64,000 nt of DNA from an uncultured Saprospiraceae bacterium (GTDB lineage Bacteria > Bacteroidota > Bacteroidia > Chitinophagales > Saprospiraceae): the NCBI GenBank assembly GCA_964533625.1, contig CAZHNF010000010.1, positions 11,875 through 75,874 of the forward strand. The letters are read 5' to 3'. Below are positions 16,507 through 25,426 of the stretch, piece by piece. The translations under genes and the position numbers were made by a program. The notes under the pieces are model-generated. The model did no database searches. It saw only the letters and a list, made by a program, of their open reading frames with translations, and had not been told where the DNA came from. Each line of letters begins with the position of its first letter. Position 1 is the first letter of the stretch.

Positions 16507-16514
16507 CAAAAGTA
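16507..16514 (-). promoter_or_regulatory. Candidate -7 box TACTTTTG for the 919-aa protease gene
   Basis: TAnnTTTG on the minus strand, 26 nt upstream of ATG 16480 and downstream of the terminator at 16624-16654. Confidence 0.45.
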
Positions 16515-16623
16515 TATAAAATTTCTTGAATAATTGGCTCAAAATTAGTGACTTAATAAGCAATTGATTCAAGCAGAATTAATGAATTAAGTCGTAGAAA
16601 TCCTACTTGTACTATTCAAATCA

Positions 16624-16654
16624 CAAAAGAAAAGCCCGGAAATATTTCCGGGCT
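16624..16654 (-). terminator. Rho-independent terminator after the 1076-aa protease gene
   Basis: Minus-strand AGCCCGGAA-ATAT-TTCCGGGCT (perfect 9-bp GC-rich stem) followed by TTTCTTTTGT. It starts 33 nt after the stop at 16687. Confidence 0.8.
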
Positions 16655-16686
16655 TAAATAAATTTATTTTCAATTTAAATTTTAAC

Positions 16687-19600
16687 TTATTTCAGCAATA
16701 CTACTTTGGTAACAGTCTCAATATTTTTATCTGTTGCTTTTATAAAATAAATACCATCGAGTAAACCATTTAAGTTGATTTGAATCTGATTATTGCTTAG
16801 ATACTCCTGGTTTATTGATTCCTTAATTCCATTCATGTTATAAACCTGAAGAATTCCATTGGTATAATCAAAATCATTTGGAAGTGTTATGATGATTACT
16901 CCATTTGTTGGATTTGGTTGTATTGACAAACTTCTTGAGTTAACTCTTGATCTTCCATTAACTATTTGTTCTTCATCTTCTTCGGTGGCTTCAGCTTTGT
17001 TGTTTTTTCCACTGTGTTTTGGACATTGTACTGGTGATTTAACAAGGATGTAAGAAGTTTTAATTATAGAGTTTTCTCCATTTGTATTTTTAACAGTTAA
17101 TTTAATAGAATATAAACCAGCTTTTTCGAATCTGATTCTTGGATTTTTTTCTTTAGAATTTGCCGGAGTTCCATTTTCAATCTGCCAATTCCACTCTAAA
17201 ACATCGTTAGATGATAGATCTTGTAAGTCAATGTAATCCCCTACGCAAATGTTCGTTGCACTTGACGTAAAATTCACTTTTGGAACTAGTAGTACAGTAA
17301 CCTTCTTAGAAATTTTAGTATCTCCACATTCGTTGGTAACGATAAGCTCTACATCATATTCTCCTTCAGCCTTAAAGTCGTGTTCTGGGTTTTGTTCAGT
17401 ACTAGTTGAATTGTCACCAAACTTCCAGAGATAACTTGAGCCATAAAGAGATTGATTATTAAATTTAACTACGAGTTTAGTAACTTCAGATGTAAATTTT
17501 GCCGTTGGCAAACTCTGTACTGTTATGTAAGAATTTTTTGAATTAGAAATGCTATCATTGGCAGAATAGGCAACCAACTTTGCATCGTAAGAACCCCTGG
17601 AATTGTAAATAATTATTGGATTTGGATCGTTACTTGTACTTGGAGTTCCCCCAGGAAATGACCAATAAAAACTTGAAGCTCCAGTAGATAAATTTTTATA
17701 TTGAACTGTTAAAGGACTACAACCGGAAATTTTATCTGAAGAAAACGCCGCAGACAATATACTTGCAATTTCAACTTTTTGACACAAAGTATCTTTTCCA
17801 CATCCGTTATCAGTAATTAAGCAAGCATCATAAGTACCTGGGCCTGGATAATCATGCTTTGGATTTTTTTCAATACTTGTTTTGCCATCGCCAAACTTCC
17901 AATAATAGGCATATTTCCAAGGCCTTATGGTGTCAATGGTTTTATTTGTGAATTCTACTGAATTGCCGACAGGAATATTTACGTCGAATTCAGATTCTGG
18001 TTTAGAATCTGCTCTGATAAATCCCTTTTCAACCTTTGTATTGGTGTATTTAGAATTTGAAGCTGTTAGCTTAGCATCAAAAACACCTTTGTTGTGGTAT
18101 GTTATGGTTGGTTCTTTTTCAGTCGATACACTAGGAATTCCTCCCGGAAACTCCCATTTGAACGAGGTTGAATTAGGCGAAGATAAATTTCTGTATTTTA
18201 CTTTTAGATCAGTACAGCCATCTTGAACTTCAGCATAAAAATTAGCCTCACAAGGAGTTACTACAATAACTTTTGACGTTTTGCACACTGTACCACAGGT
18301 ATTGGTGGCGCATAATTCAACCGTAAAAGTACCATCCTTTGCATAGGTATGGGTTGGTTCATCTTCAGTAGATGTATTGCCATCGCCAAATTTCCACAAA
18401 TAAGAATCTGCAAATTGGCAATCGTTAAATGTAGTTAAATCGCGATCGATGGTATATGTCGTAAAAGAATTAATTACTAAAGGCAGAACCTCAATGTACT
18501 TTTGAATGGTTATCGTATTGCTACCAAATGTGTTCGTTACTTTAAGTGTCACATCATAAATACCGGTTGTTTTGTATTGTACTGTTGGATTTTGTTGGGT
18601 TGAGGTGCTTGGCGTTCCACCGGGAAATGTCCATTGCCAAGTAGTTGGTTGTCCAGTTGATTCATCAATGAATTTTACCGTACCATTGGGACAAACTATG
18701 GTTGGGGATCCTGAGAAATCCGCAACTGGCGGTGTACCTGCATTACATATTCCAACGCAGCCAATGGTTTTAATATAATTATTAATGGCAGATTGAGAAG
18801 CTGAAGACCATGTATTCGAATTACTTACGGCAGGAGCCATAATGAAACCAGAACCTGCACCATCATGACCGGCATTGAAATTATGACCTAATTCATGTGC
18901 TTGAAGGCAACGAAGAAGACCTGCAGAGCCACCAAAATCAGAGCATACATTATATCGAAAACTACCACAAAGAGCCCCTAACCAGGCAACTCCAATAGCT
19001 CCACTCGTATATTTTCTAGTCCAGGCAGTTGCTACAGCATAGGATGTGCCACCATAACCACCTCCATTTGCCCATGTCCTGTGTTTGTCAAGATGGGCAT
19101 TAATATTGTTAATCCCATTCCATGGATCATCTTGAGTTGTTGTCGCGACGAAAATCGTTGCAATGCTAAATTCAATGGCGCTGTTGAATTCATTATCATA
19201 ATTGGTTTGAACATTGTTTAAAACGCCAGTTACAAATGCTTCAGAACCACTAATTCCTCCTTTGTTGTCATAAATTGTTTTGTCACAAGCCAAAGCTATA
19301 TCAACCGTAATACATCCAGCCCGACTTGCTATTTGATCTTTTATATCATGGTTTTCAATATGCCCTCCATCATGAAGCTCATCTGAACCACAGCATATGC
19401 CTTCTACTTTCTTTACATCCGTTTCTTTATAAATAATAAATTGATCTTTATCTGCTGAAGGATCAATATAATTCAGAGGCTCAATGAAAGTTTTTATACC
19501 GGCATCTTCTATATATCCATAAATAAAATGATCGGCTAAGGTTAAGCAGGATAAACCTGCTCTTTTGGTATTAGGCAGGACTTTATAGGTCCTGATACCA

Positions 19601-19917
19601 TTTTTTAGTCCGTACTTTTTATCAACTTTTCCACCCCCAGCTATACTTAAATAAAACTCATTATTGAAAAGACTAAATTCAGTCAAAGAGAGATTCCATG
19701 TTACCGATTCAGTTTTAATTTCAAGGGAATGACTATTCGATCTTGAATTAAGAGCTGCTAAAATCTGATTAGAATTCAAGCTTACAAGCTCGTAATTCAC
19801 AAATTTTTGGTCAAGAAGTTTTTTTGAGAAATTATTAACAGGTTCTCCGACAAAACTTTGGCTCCACAAGGCGTTACTATAAATAAAAACAATCAATAAG
19901 CAATTTCTAAAGCCCAT
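16687..19917 (-). CDS. Reprolysin-like zinc metalloprotease with 7 PKD modules and T9SS type A C-terminal domain
   Basis: 1076 aa. Signal peptide. HELGHNFNAGHD at 18862-18897 (verified on the nucleotide sequence). Seven PKD modules. CPKHSGKNNK linker at 16996-17025. C-terminal LSIQPNPTNGVIIITL..GIYFIKATD..KVVLLK. Confidence 0.9.
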   Translation of the reverse strand: MGFRNCLLIVFIYSNALWSQSFVGEPVNNFSKKLLDQKFVNYELVSLNSNQILAALNSRSNSHSLEIKTESVTWNLSLTEFSLFNNEFYLSIAGGGKVDKKYGLKNGIRTYKVLPNTKRAGLSCLTLADHFIYGYIEDAGIKTFIEPLNYIDPSADKDQFIIYKETDVKKVEGICCGSDELHDGGHIENHDIKDQIASRAGCITVDIALACDKTIYDNKGGISGSEAFVTGVLNNVQTNYDNEFNSAIEFSIATIFVATTTQDDPWNGINNINAHLDKHRTWANGGGYGGTSYAVATAWTRKYTSGAIGVAWLGALCGSFRYNVCSDFGGSAGLLRCLQAHELGHNFNAGHDGAGSGFIMAPAVSNSNTWSSASQSAINNYIKTIGCVGICNAGTPPVADFSGSPTIVCPNGTVKFIDESTGQPTTWQWTFPGGTPSTSTQQNPTVQYKTTGIYDVTLKVTNTFGSNTITIQKYIEVLPLVINSFTTYTIDRDLTTFNDCQFADSYLWKFGDGNTSTEDEPTHTYAKDGTFTVELCATNTCGTVCKTSKVIVVTPCEANFYAEVQDGCTDLKVKYRNLSSPNSTSFKWEFPGGIPSVSTEKEPTITYHNKGVFDAKLTASNSKYTNTKVEKGFIRADSKPESEFDVNIPVGNSVEFTNKTIDTIRPWKYAYYWKFGDGKTSIEKNPKHDYPGPGTYDACLITDNGCGKDTLCQKVEIASILSAAFSSDKISGCSPLTVQYKNLSTGASSFYWSFPGGTPSTSNDPNPIIIYNSRGSYDAKLVAYSANDSISNSKNSYITVQSLPTAKFTSEVTKLVVKFNNQSLYGSSYLWKFGDNSTSTEQNPEHDFKAEGEYDVELIVTNECGDTKISKKVTVLLVPKVNFTSSATNICVGDYIDLQDLSSNDVLEWNWQIENGTPANSKEKNPRIRFEKAGLYSIKLTVKNTNGENSIIKTSYILVKSPVQCPKHSGKNNKAEATEEDEEQIVNGRSRVNSRSLSIQPNPTNGVIIITLPNDFDYTNGILQVYNMNGIKESINQEYLSNNQIQINLNGLLDGIYFIKATDKNIETVTKVVLLK
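16690..16929 (-). other. T9SS type A C-terminal sorting domain
   Basis: The last ~80 aa read LSIQPNPTNGVIIITLPNDF..LQVYNMNGI..GIYFIKATDKNIETVTKVVLLK. Confidence 0.8.
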
Positions 19918-19943
19918 GTTTAAGTTTTTTATGATTTTAGCGA

Positions 19944-19951
19944 CAAATTTA
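19944..19951 (-). promoter_or_regulatory. Candidate -7 box TAAATTTG for the 1076-aa protease gene
   Basis: TAnnTTTG on the minus strand, 26 nt upstream of ATG 19917. This is the same spacing as for the 919-aa paralog. Confidence 0.45.
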
Positions 19952-20028
19952 CAAAAATTGGAATAAATATTTAATGGTTAAATAAATTAAATATTTTATT
20001 TAAACAATTAATATTCAAATATATAGAT

Positions 20029-20646
20029 ATGAAGTATTCTTATAAATTGATAATCCTCCTGTTCATTTTAGGAGTTTTAAATGGTGGTCTTTATGCACAG
20101 GCCAAGAAAAAGACCAATTCAAAAAGCAAAAAAGCTAAAACAGAAAGTAATTTTTGGCAAGACGATATGTGGTACGGAGGAGGCCTAAACCTCCAATTTT
20201 ATACTACTTATTTAGGTAGCTATCCCGGAAATGTTTTTGAATTCGGTATATCGCCAATTGCAGGTTACAAAATTAAAAAATGGTGGTCAGTTGGCCCTCG
20301 TTTAGAATTCAGTTATGTTGGTGGTCGTTTTGATGTGGTCGGAGATATTTATAAACTTAGGGGCACGAATTATGGATTTGGTGCTTTTACCCGTGCTAAG
20401 TTTCTTGGTTTTCTATTTGCCCATGTTGAATATTCTCGGATCTCTACCCTATTGATTACAGGAAATATCGTCGATGATAAAATTGAAACTGATCGTAAAT
20501 TCAGGGATCATTTCTACACCGGTCTAGGGTATAATCCATCTGAATCTTTATCCTATGAGATATATTTATTATTCGATTGGTTAGCACCGGAGGATTCAGT
20601 TGACTTACCTATACAATTTAGAGCCGGACTAACTTATAACTTTTAG
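20029..20646 (+). CDS. Small outer-membrane beta-barrel protein
   Basis: 205 aa. Signal peptide (..LNGGLYAQ), a Lys-rich linker, alternating hydrophobic beta-strand pattern, and an aromatic C-terminus ..GLTYNF. Confidence 0.7.
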   Translation: MKYSYKLIILLFILGVLNGGLYAQAKKKTNSKSKKAKTESNFWQDDMWYGGGLNLQFYTTYLGSYPGNVFEFGISPIAGYKIKKWWSVGPRLEFSYVGGRFDVVGDIYKLRGTNYGFGAFTRAKFLGFLFAHVEYSRISTLLITGNIVDDKIETDRKFRDHFYTGLGYNPSESLSYEIYLLFDWLAPEDSVDLPIQFRAGLTYNF

Positions 20647-20735
20647 TCCTTCATCTTTAGTTGCTGTTTAACTAGATTGGCTTAGTAGTTTTTAAAATTG
20701 AATGAAAGATTTTATTCGAGGTGAAGATTAATGTA

Positions 20736-23168
20736 TTAAAATAAAAAATTCAATCCTATTGAAAAGTTTCTGATAGCTTGTGGGAACAAGCCTTTTGAAA
20801 AGTAATTGTTTTGTTCGTTTTTCCCTTCATAAGGATTCGAACCTAGTTCATATGTTCCAACAATATCATAAGATGAGTACCATCCATGAGAAGCGTATTT
20901 TTCATCGAACAAATTGCTGATCTGAATCCAGGATTGAAGTTTAAAATGCTTAAATGATCGTTCAAGGTCAATTCGAGAATTCCAAACTTGATACTTTGGG
21001 AGTTCTGCCGTAGGTAATTCTGAAAGATGTAATCTTTGATGATTTACCAGTTTATTAAAGAGAGAAACAGACAGGAAATATTTTTCTTTTTTAATTATTT
21101 GATATTCTGTTCCAAACGATAAAAGATAAGAAGGAGAATATGTTAATTCAACCTTACTTAACTTTACCTCCCTGGTTCCGATAGGATTAAAATTGCTATC
21201 CCAGATCGGAATTCTCCAAGTAAATTCAGGAATGTAATTTTGCGAGAAAGTAGCGTTGGCATATAATTTTATTCGATTCCAAAGTTGAACTCGATTGGTA
21301 ATTTCAACACCTTGCCGAATAGCATGATCGGCATTGATTCTTATAGCATCACCTGTCGGGCCGATAGATCCATCCGGAGTTAAATAATTCTGATAATTCA
21401 TTCGGTAGAAATTAATCGAGGATTGGAATCTGGAATAATTAAATTTAAATCCAATATCTATGGAAAGTAATTTCTCTTTATCTATGTCTGGATTTGTAAG
21501 AAGTTCTTCCCGATAAGGTTCACGTTGATAATACGACAAGGATGCGAATGTTGAAATTTGTTTTGTCCACCATAAATGGATAAATCCTTTTGGCGAATAA
21601 AGCTGAGAGGTCCAATGATTATTTACAGATCCATATTGGTCATCCGTCCCATTAATTTTATAATTGACGATTCTGAGTTGAAAATCGATACCAGTTTGAA
21701 CTTTTGAATGAATGGGTATAATTAGTTTGCTTAAGTATGTATATTCTGATTTATTTCCATTGTTCTGATAATAATTAGGTTGGAGGTAGGTTACATTTTT
21801 TAAAAGTGTAAAAGCGACTCTGCCGTAATGATCTCCAAAATAATTTGATCCAATAATTGCTAATTGAGTGCGCCAATGATTTTTCCATTCTTTTTCCCAT
21901 CCTAATGACGCATATATAAAGTGATTGCTTAACCATTTCTGTCTTACTAAATCAGAAGAATTGGTATCCTTTTGGGTTAATTGATAATCTGAAAGATTTT
22001 GATTTGCTTTGTAATTTTCAAAAAAGCCAATTCCTCTTGTGTAATGAACAACCGCTTGAAAGTGATGGTCCGAAATATTCTTGTTGTAAAAAAGTTGAAG
22101 ATGGGTCTGAGAATATTGATCAACTTCATTGTCATAAGGAATAGGAGTCTTCTCCTGTCCGGCAATATTGTACCTTAATAGTGAGTCATATTGAAAATAG
22201 GTAAAAGGTAATCCATTCCAGGCTTGTCCTGTGATTTCTTTACCATAAAATAAATTCAGCCGTAGACTATAATTCGGTTTGATTTTGACAGCCGATAAAG
22301 CAAAAGACCTAAGTTTCGAATCAGATCGGTCAATGTATCCATTTGAATTCGTATTGCTCATCCGAATCTCAAGATTATAATCATCTTCAAATAAGCCTGA
22401 ATTAGCAATTAAGCTAAAGCCAGTCGTCCCAAATGAACCGAATCTGGTTTTAATTTGAGCTTGAGGTTTGAATTGCAATTTATTCGTCCATAAGTCGACG
22501 GATGCTCCGAATGCACCAGTTCCTGATCTGCTTGGCACATATCCACTGTGGATGGTTATTTGCTCAGTGCTATTAATTATATCTGGGAGGTCAACTAGAT
22601 ATGTTCTTGAAGACTCTGCATCATTAAGAGGTATTCCATTGAGGTTAATTTGGACTTGTTGAGGATCTATTCCCCGTATTCTTAAATCCGTGTAACCTAC
22701 TCCATTCCCTGCGTCAGATTGTACCTGTATATTGGCAAGGCTTTCCAATAAGTAAGGTATATCTTTTTCTGTTTGTTTTTTTTGAATATCAGATTCTGAA
22801 ATTACTTGTTGGGTAGATAATTCTGAACTATTAGTTCGAGACTGAACAATAGTCATTTCATCAAAATTAATTCTTCGATTTAAAATCAGATTGTACTCAA
22901 CATTAGAATTCTGAACAGAAATTTTTCGATATTCTTTGTCAAAATCATAATCAAATGAAAAGGCATAATCTCCACTTGGTATATCTTTAAAAATATATTC
23001 ACCTTGACCATTTGTAAATGAAATTCTATCAAGTTGCTCAATCTTTATGGGCATCTGAACATATGGTTGTCCATAAGTATCCAATACCTTACCACTCACC
23101 TGAAATTGACTAAATGCCATTTGAAAATTCAATAGCAGTATTAAGGTCAGACCATTTATGCACTTCAT
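20736..23168 (-). CDS. TonB-dependent receptor, TPP-riboswitch controlled (probable thiamin-related uptake)
   Basis: 810 aa. Signal peptide. CarboxypepD_reg-like N-domain (VSGKVLD..GEYIFKDIPSGDYAFSF). Plug motif LRIRGIDPQQVQINLNGIPLND. C-terminal ..IGLNFLF. The TPP aptamer ends 48 nt upstream of the ATG. Confidence 0.85.
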   Translation of the reverse strand: MKCINGLTLILLLNFQMAFSQFQVSGKVLDTYGQPYVQMPIKIEQLDRISFTNGQGEYIFKDIPSGDYAFSFDYDFDKEYRKISVQNSNVEYNLILNRRINFDEMTIVQSRTNSSELSTQQVISESDIQKKQTEKDIPYLLESLANIQVQSDAGNGVGYTDLRIRGIDPQQVQINLNGIPLNDAESSRTYLVDLPDIINSTEQITIHSGYVPSRSGTGAFGASVDLWTNKLQFKPQAQIKTRFGSFGTTGFSLIANSGLFEDDYNLEIRMSNTNSNGYIDRSDSKLRSFALSAVKIKPNYSLRLNLFYGKEITGQAWNGLPFTYFQYDSLLRYNIAGQEKTPIPYDNEVDQYSQTHLQLFYNKNISDHHFQAVVHYTRGIGFFENYKANQNLSDYQLTQKDTNSSDLVRQKWLSNHFIYASLGWEKEWKNHWRTQLAIIGSNYFGDHYGRVAFTLLKNVTYLQPNYYQNNGNKSEYTYLSKLIIPIHSKVQTGIDFQLRIVNYKINGTDDQYGSVNNHWTSQLYSPKGFIHLWWTKQISTFASLSYYQREPYREELLTNPDIDKEKLLSIDIGFKFNYSRFQSSINFYRMNYQNYLTPDGSIGPTGDAIRINADHAIRQGVEITNRVQLWNRIKLYANATFSQNYIPEFTWRIPIWDSNFNPIGTREVKLSKVELTYSPSYLLSFGTEYQIIKKEKYFLSVSLFNKLVNHQRLHLSELPTAELPKYQVWNSRIDLERSFKHFKLQSWIQISNLFDEKYASHGWYSSYDIVGTYELGSNPYEGKNEQNNYFSKGLFPQAIRNFSIGLNFLF

Positions 23169-23216
23169 AGATGAATTTTTACCATTAGATTAAATATATA
23201 AGAAGTGTTTCGAACA

Positions 23217-23293
23217 GTCTTTCCTTTACAACATTACTTGTACAGGTTCAACGGGTCTAATCTCAGCCGGCAAGAAAGCATATTCGGCACCCC
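23217..23293 (-). promoter_or_regulatory. TPP (THI-box) riboswitch aptamer
   Basis: Minus-strand RNA reads GGGGUGCCG-(loop)-CGGCUGAGAUUAGACCCGUUGAACCUGUACAAGUAAUGUUGUAAAGGAAAGAC. It has the conserved CUGAGA, ACCC (pairs with GGGG), GAACCUG, a UACAA/UUGUA hairpin with a UAAU-containing loop, and AGGAA, all in the canonical order of Rfam RF00059. Confidence 0.85.
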
Positions 23294-23844
23294 TATGATG
23301 CAAATTTACGCTCATTCATCAATTCATCAACATAAAATCTGGATTGATTCAGCCTTTGGCGTCCTTTGCCACTTATAATCCTATAATTTACTTTATTGTC
23401 GTGGAGAAACTTCAAATACAGTCGGCTTATCGTGGTTCGATCAAATGGGTTTTCTCTAAGTGGATCAAATGTCCATTCAATGTCTGGATTGCAATATATA
23501 AATAAATCAGGTTTGAAGCTCTGCCATCGAGCGATTTGTTCTTGATCAATGATATTGTATTTTAATTCCAACCAAATAATGGTGGTCAACAGATCTGTAT
23601 CTTCAAAAATTAGTTTTTGAGTTTCAATTTTTTTAGCTTCTCTATATTGTATGTCTGCAATTTTTTGCACATCTTTTATACTATATCGAGAGTTCAAGCG
23701 ATGTAAATATTCCCTAGCATATTCAGGAATCATAATACCTTTGTATTCAGTTGATAATGCAATAGTTAATGCAGTTTTCCCTGTTGATTCTGAACCGGTT
23801 ATTACAATTCTCATCGATTTGCAAATATCTGAAGATTTACTCAT
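23293..23844 (-). CDS. P-loop kinase of the NadR C-terminal / AAA_28 type (ribosylnicotinamide-kinase-like)
   Basis: 183 aa. Walker A GSESTGKT. PEYAREYL and FEDTDLLTT..W segments as in NadR-type small-molecule kinases. An alternative start is MRIVITG (ATG 23814). Confidence 0.6.
   Translation of the reverse strand: MSKSSDICKSMRIVITGSESTGKTALTIALSTEYKGIMIPEYAREYLHRLNSRYSIKDVQKIADIQYREAKKIETQKLIFEDTDLLTTIIWLELKYNIIDQEQIARWQSFKPDLFIYCNPDIEWTFDPLRENPFDRTTISRLYLKFLHDNKVNYRIISGKGRQRLNQSRFYVDELMNERKFAS
23301..23330 (-). promoter_or_regulatory. Promoter for the riboswitch-TBDR transcript (-33 TTG / -7 TAAATTTG)
   Basis: Minus-strand TAAATTTG at 23301-23308 ends 7 nt before the first G of the aptamer. 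TTG at 23328-23330 lies 19 nt upstream of the -7 box. Both elements sit inside the 3' end of the upstream ORF. Confidence 0.5.
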
Positions 23845-23972
23845 AATATTGTAAACTTATTCAGCTGAAAAATCATTATTGTATTGAATATTCATTTTAT
23901 AAAGATTACGACTAAATTTTTAAGTTAGCCTTATGATTATTAAAATTTGTATAATTACATTATAGGAATCAG

Positions 23973-24530
23973 ATGCATGATATAGAACCATATTTTTTAT
24001 GGCGTGACTTATATGTCAGCTCAGAAGATGAAAGAAGTCCATTCTATGGATTTGTAAATAATGAGTTTGCTTATTCAAATAAAATTTACAATTACTACAT
24101 ACATCCTCAATGGGATAGTTTTGATTCTGTAACCCTTTACGCAAAATTGCTTTTTGTAGATTACGAAGAAGGATATTGTGTTTTGGAAATGATTGGCGAA
24201 TGGAACGATTGCATTGAAAATGATATCATGTATCTTAAACGAGAGGTCATAGATCCTTTGATTAAAGAAGGAGTGACTAAGTTTATTTTGTTGTGTGAAT
24301 ATGTTTTTAATTTTCATGGTCAGGATACGGACTATTATGAAGAGTGGTTTGAGGATATTAAGGATGATGGCGGCTGGATTTCTATGGTTAATACATTAGA
24401 TCATGTAGCAGAGGAATTAAAACGTTGTCAACTTAAATATTTTATTCATTATGGGAAAAAGTTTAATGATATTCATTGGCGAAAAATGAATCCCATGATG
24501 CTTTACGAAAATATTTTACAAAAATTATGA
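23973..24530 (+). CDS. Hypothetical acidic, Trp/Tyr-rich cytoplasmic protein
   Basis: 185 aa with no motif I recognise. Its stop overlaps the era ATG (ATGA at 24527-24530). Confidence 0.6.
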   Translation: MHDIEPYFLWRDLYVSSEDERSPFYGFVNNEFAYSNKIYNYYIHPQWDSFDSVTLYAKLLFVDYEEGYCVLEMIGEWNDCIENDIMYLKREVIDPLIKEGVTKFILLCEYVFNFHGQDTDYYEEWFEDIKDDGGWISMVNTLDHVAEELKRCQLKYFIHYGKKFNDIHWRKMNPMMLYENILQKL

Positions 24531-25426
24531 GTATAAAACACCGTGCAGGGTTTGTAAATTTTATTGGAATGCCTAATTCTGGTAAATCAACCTTAGTCAA
24601 TGCCATCATGGGCCAAAAAATGTCTATTGTAAGCCCTAAGCCTCAGACTACTAGGCAACGTGTTTTTTCAATTTGGAATGATGAGCATTTTCAAATAATA
24701 TTCTCTGATCTTCCCGGATGGATTGATCAGGCAAAATACACAATGCATAAACTCATGAATAATATGGTTAATGAATCCGAAGAGGATGCCGACCTATTAT
24801 TAATTATCGATGACCCGACTCAAAAGTATTCTTTTTCAGAATCATTGATTGAAAAAATTAATCAATCAAAACTTCCAAAAATCTTTATCATTAACAAAAT
24901 TGACAAATTAAATAAGTTTCAGATTGAAAAAGAAATAGCCAATTTAAATCTATTGTTTGGAATTGCTGAGCCATTTCTCATCTCAGCCTTAGCGGGTTCA
25001 GGTGTTGATGAGTTGAAGAATAAAATTCTTGAGTTGATTCCTGAGCATGAGGCATATTACCCAAAGGATTATATCAGTGACAAACCAATTCGATTTTTTA
25101 TCGCTGAGTTAATTCGGGAACAAATATTGGCTTCATTTGAAGAGGAAATACCTTATAGCGTTTTTATAGAGGTTGATTCTTGTGTCGGTGTGGATGAACA
25201 AGCAGAATTAGCCCGTATTGAGGCAACAGTTTATGTTAATCGAAAATCCCAAGTATCGATCATTCTGGGTAAGAATGGTGCTAAAATCAAAGAATTAGGA
25301 ACTAAATCTCGGATAGAACTAGAAAAATACCTACAGCAACGTGTATATTTAGGGCTCAGTGTCAAAGTTAAAGAAAATTGGAGAGACGATAAGTCGCTTA
25401 TTGAAAAAAGAGGAATACTAAGATGA
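24527..25426 (+). CDS. era: GTPase Era
   Basis: GMPNSGKSTL (G1), DLPG (G3), NKID (G4), and a C-terminal KH-like region. I prefer ATG 24527 (MSIKHRAGFVNFIG..) over the track's TTG 24476. Confidence 0.9.
   Translation: MSIKHRAGFVNFIGMPNSGKSTLVNAIMGQKMSIVSPKPQTTRQRVFSIWNDEHFQIIFSDLPGWIDQAKYTMHKLMNNMVNESEEDADLLLIIDDPTQKYSFSESLIEKINQSKLPKIFIINKIDKLNKFQIEKEIANLNLLFGIAEPFLISALAGSGVDELKNKILELIPEHEAYYPKDYISDKPIRFFIAELIREQILASFEEEIPYSVFIEVDSCVGVDEQAELARIEATVYVNRKSQVSIILGKNGAKIKELGTKSRIELEKYLQQRVYLGLSVKVKENWRDDKSLIEKRGILR

Noticed and set aside
12516-19214. ORFs inside the protease genes: antisense (plus strand) 12516-12926, 17249-17434, 17927-18226 and 18572-18778; same-strand alternative-frame (minus) 14809-15006 and 19032-19214.
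   Set aside because: They overlap strongly supported metzincin/PKD coding sequence, and their translations show no motifs.
24476-24526. Longest-ORF starts with TTG/GTG for era (24476), ribE (30864) and ribF (54721).
   Set aside because: Downstream ATGs give canonical N-termini (MSIKHRAGFVNFIG, MFTGII, MRVLRFGKD) and remove the overlaps with the upstream genes. TTG was retained only where no alternative exists: the giant ORF, the 653-aa protease and Pif1.
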